Part shown: in pieces, positions 63,816-64,000 of the stretch
Layout of the letters: each line of letters begins with the position of its first letter
Numbering within the stretch: the first letter of the stretch is position 1
DNA from: Octopus vulgaris
Taxonomy: Eukaryota
NCBI GenBank assembly: GCA_951406725.2
Contig: OX597826.1
Span: 24,366,001 to 24,430,000 of the forward strand
Length of the DNA: 64,000 nt
Direction of reading: 5' to 3'
The notes under the pieces: generated by a model
What the model was told of the DNA's origin: nothing
The model's database searches: none
Seen by the model: only the letters and a program-made list of their open reading frames with translations
Translations under genes and position numbers: made by a program

Positions 63816-64000
63816 CGTCAATGGCCATATTAAAAAATACCTTTAAAGGTTAAATTTATAAACAAGGGTAAAAGAAAAAATTTCTAATGCCAAATATGCC
63901 GAAACTAGACCACAACATCCATAACTACATAAATCATCACTATAAGCACATGTCTCAAAGAAAACCAACAGAAATTTCTAAAAAAATTCCGTTATTATCA

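Overview
AT-rich, repeat-dense animal genomic DNA, most likely an octopod cephalopod. That assignment is inferred from the tRNA-derived SINE families, RTE LINEs with (ATG)n tails and the microsatellite load. The + strand carries the 3' part of GEMIN5: 8 GT-AG exons between 2422 and 51569 that splice in frame to about 800 codons, from the TPR-like dimerisation region to the C-terminus, with AATAAA at 51821. The introns and downstream flank are a nested mosaic of elements: a near-full RTE LINE whose RT carries an inserted PHD finger, many RTE 3' stubs, three tRNA-SINE groups, R4/Dong-like REL fragments, mariner, piggyBac-, hAT- and MULE-type MITEs, and Helitron ends. Downstream of the gene is a young GC-rich CR1-like LINE with an inverted RT half, an AUG-less ORF2 overlapping ORF1 across two slippery heptamers, and a 291-bp ORF1 duplication. 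Other oddities include a 105-bp-arm palindrome, a G-U-compensated intronic RNA fold, a tRNA-like relic in a duplication, and candidate alternative GEMIN5 splice events. There is no prokaryotic-type system or CRISPR array. All calls were made by eye, homologies are recalled rather than searched, and repeat boundaries are approximate.
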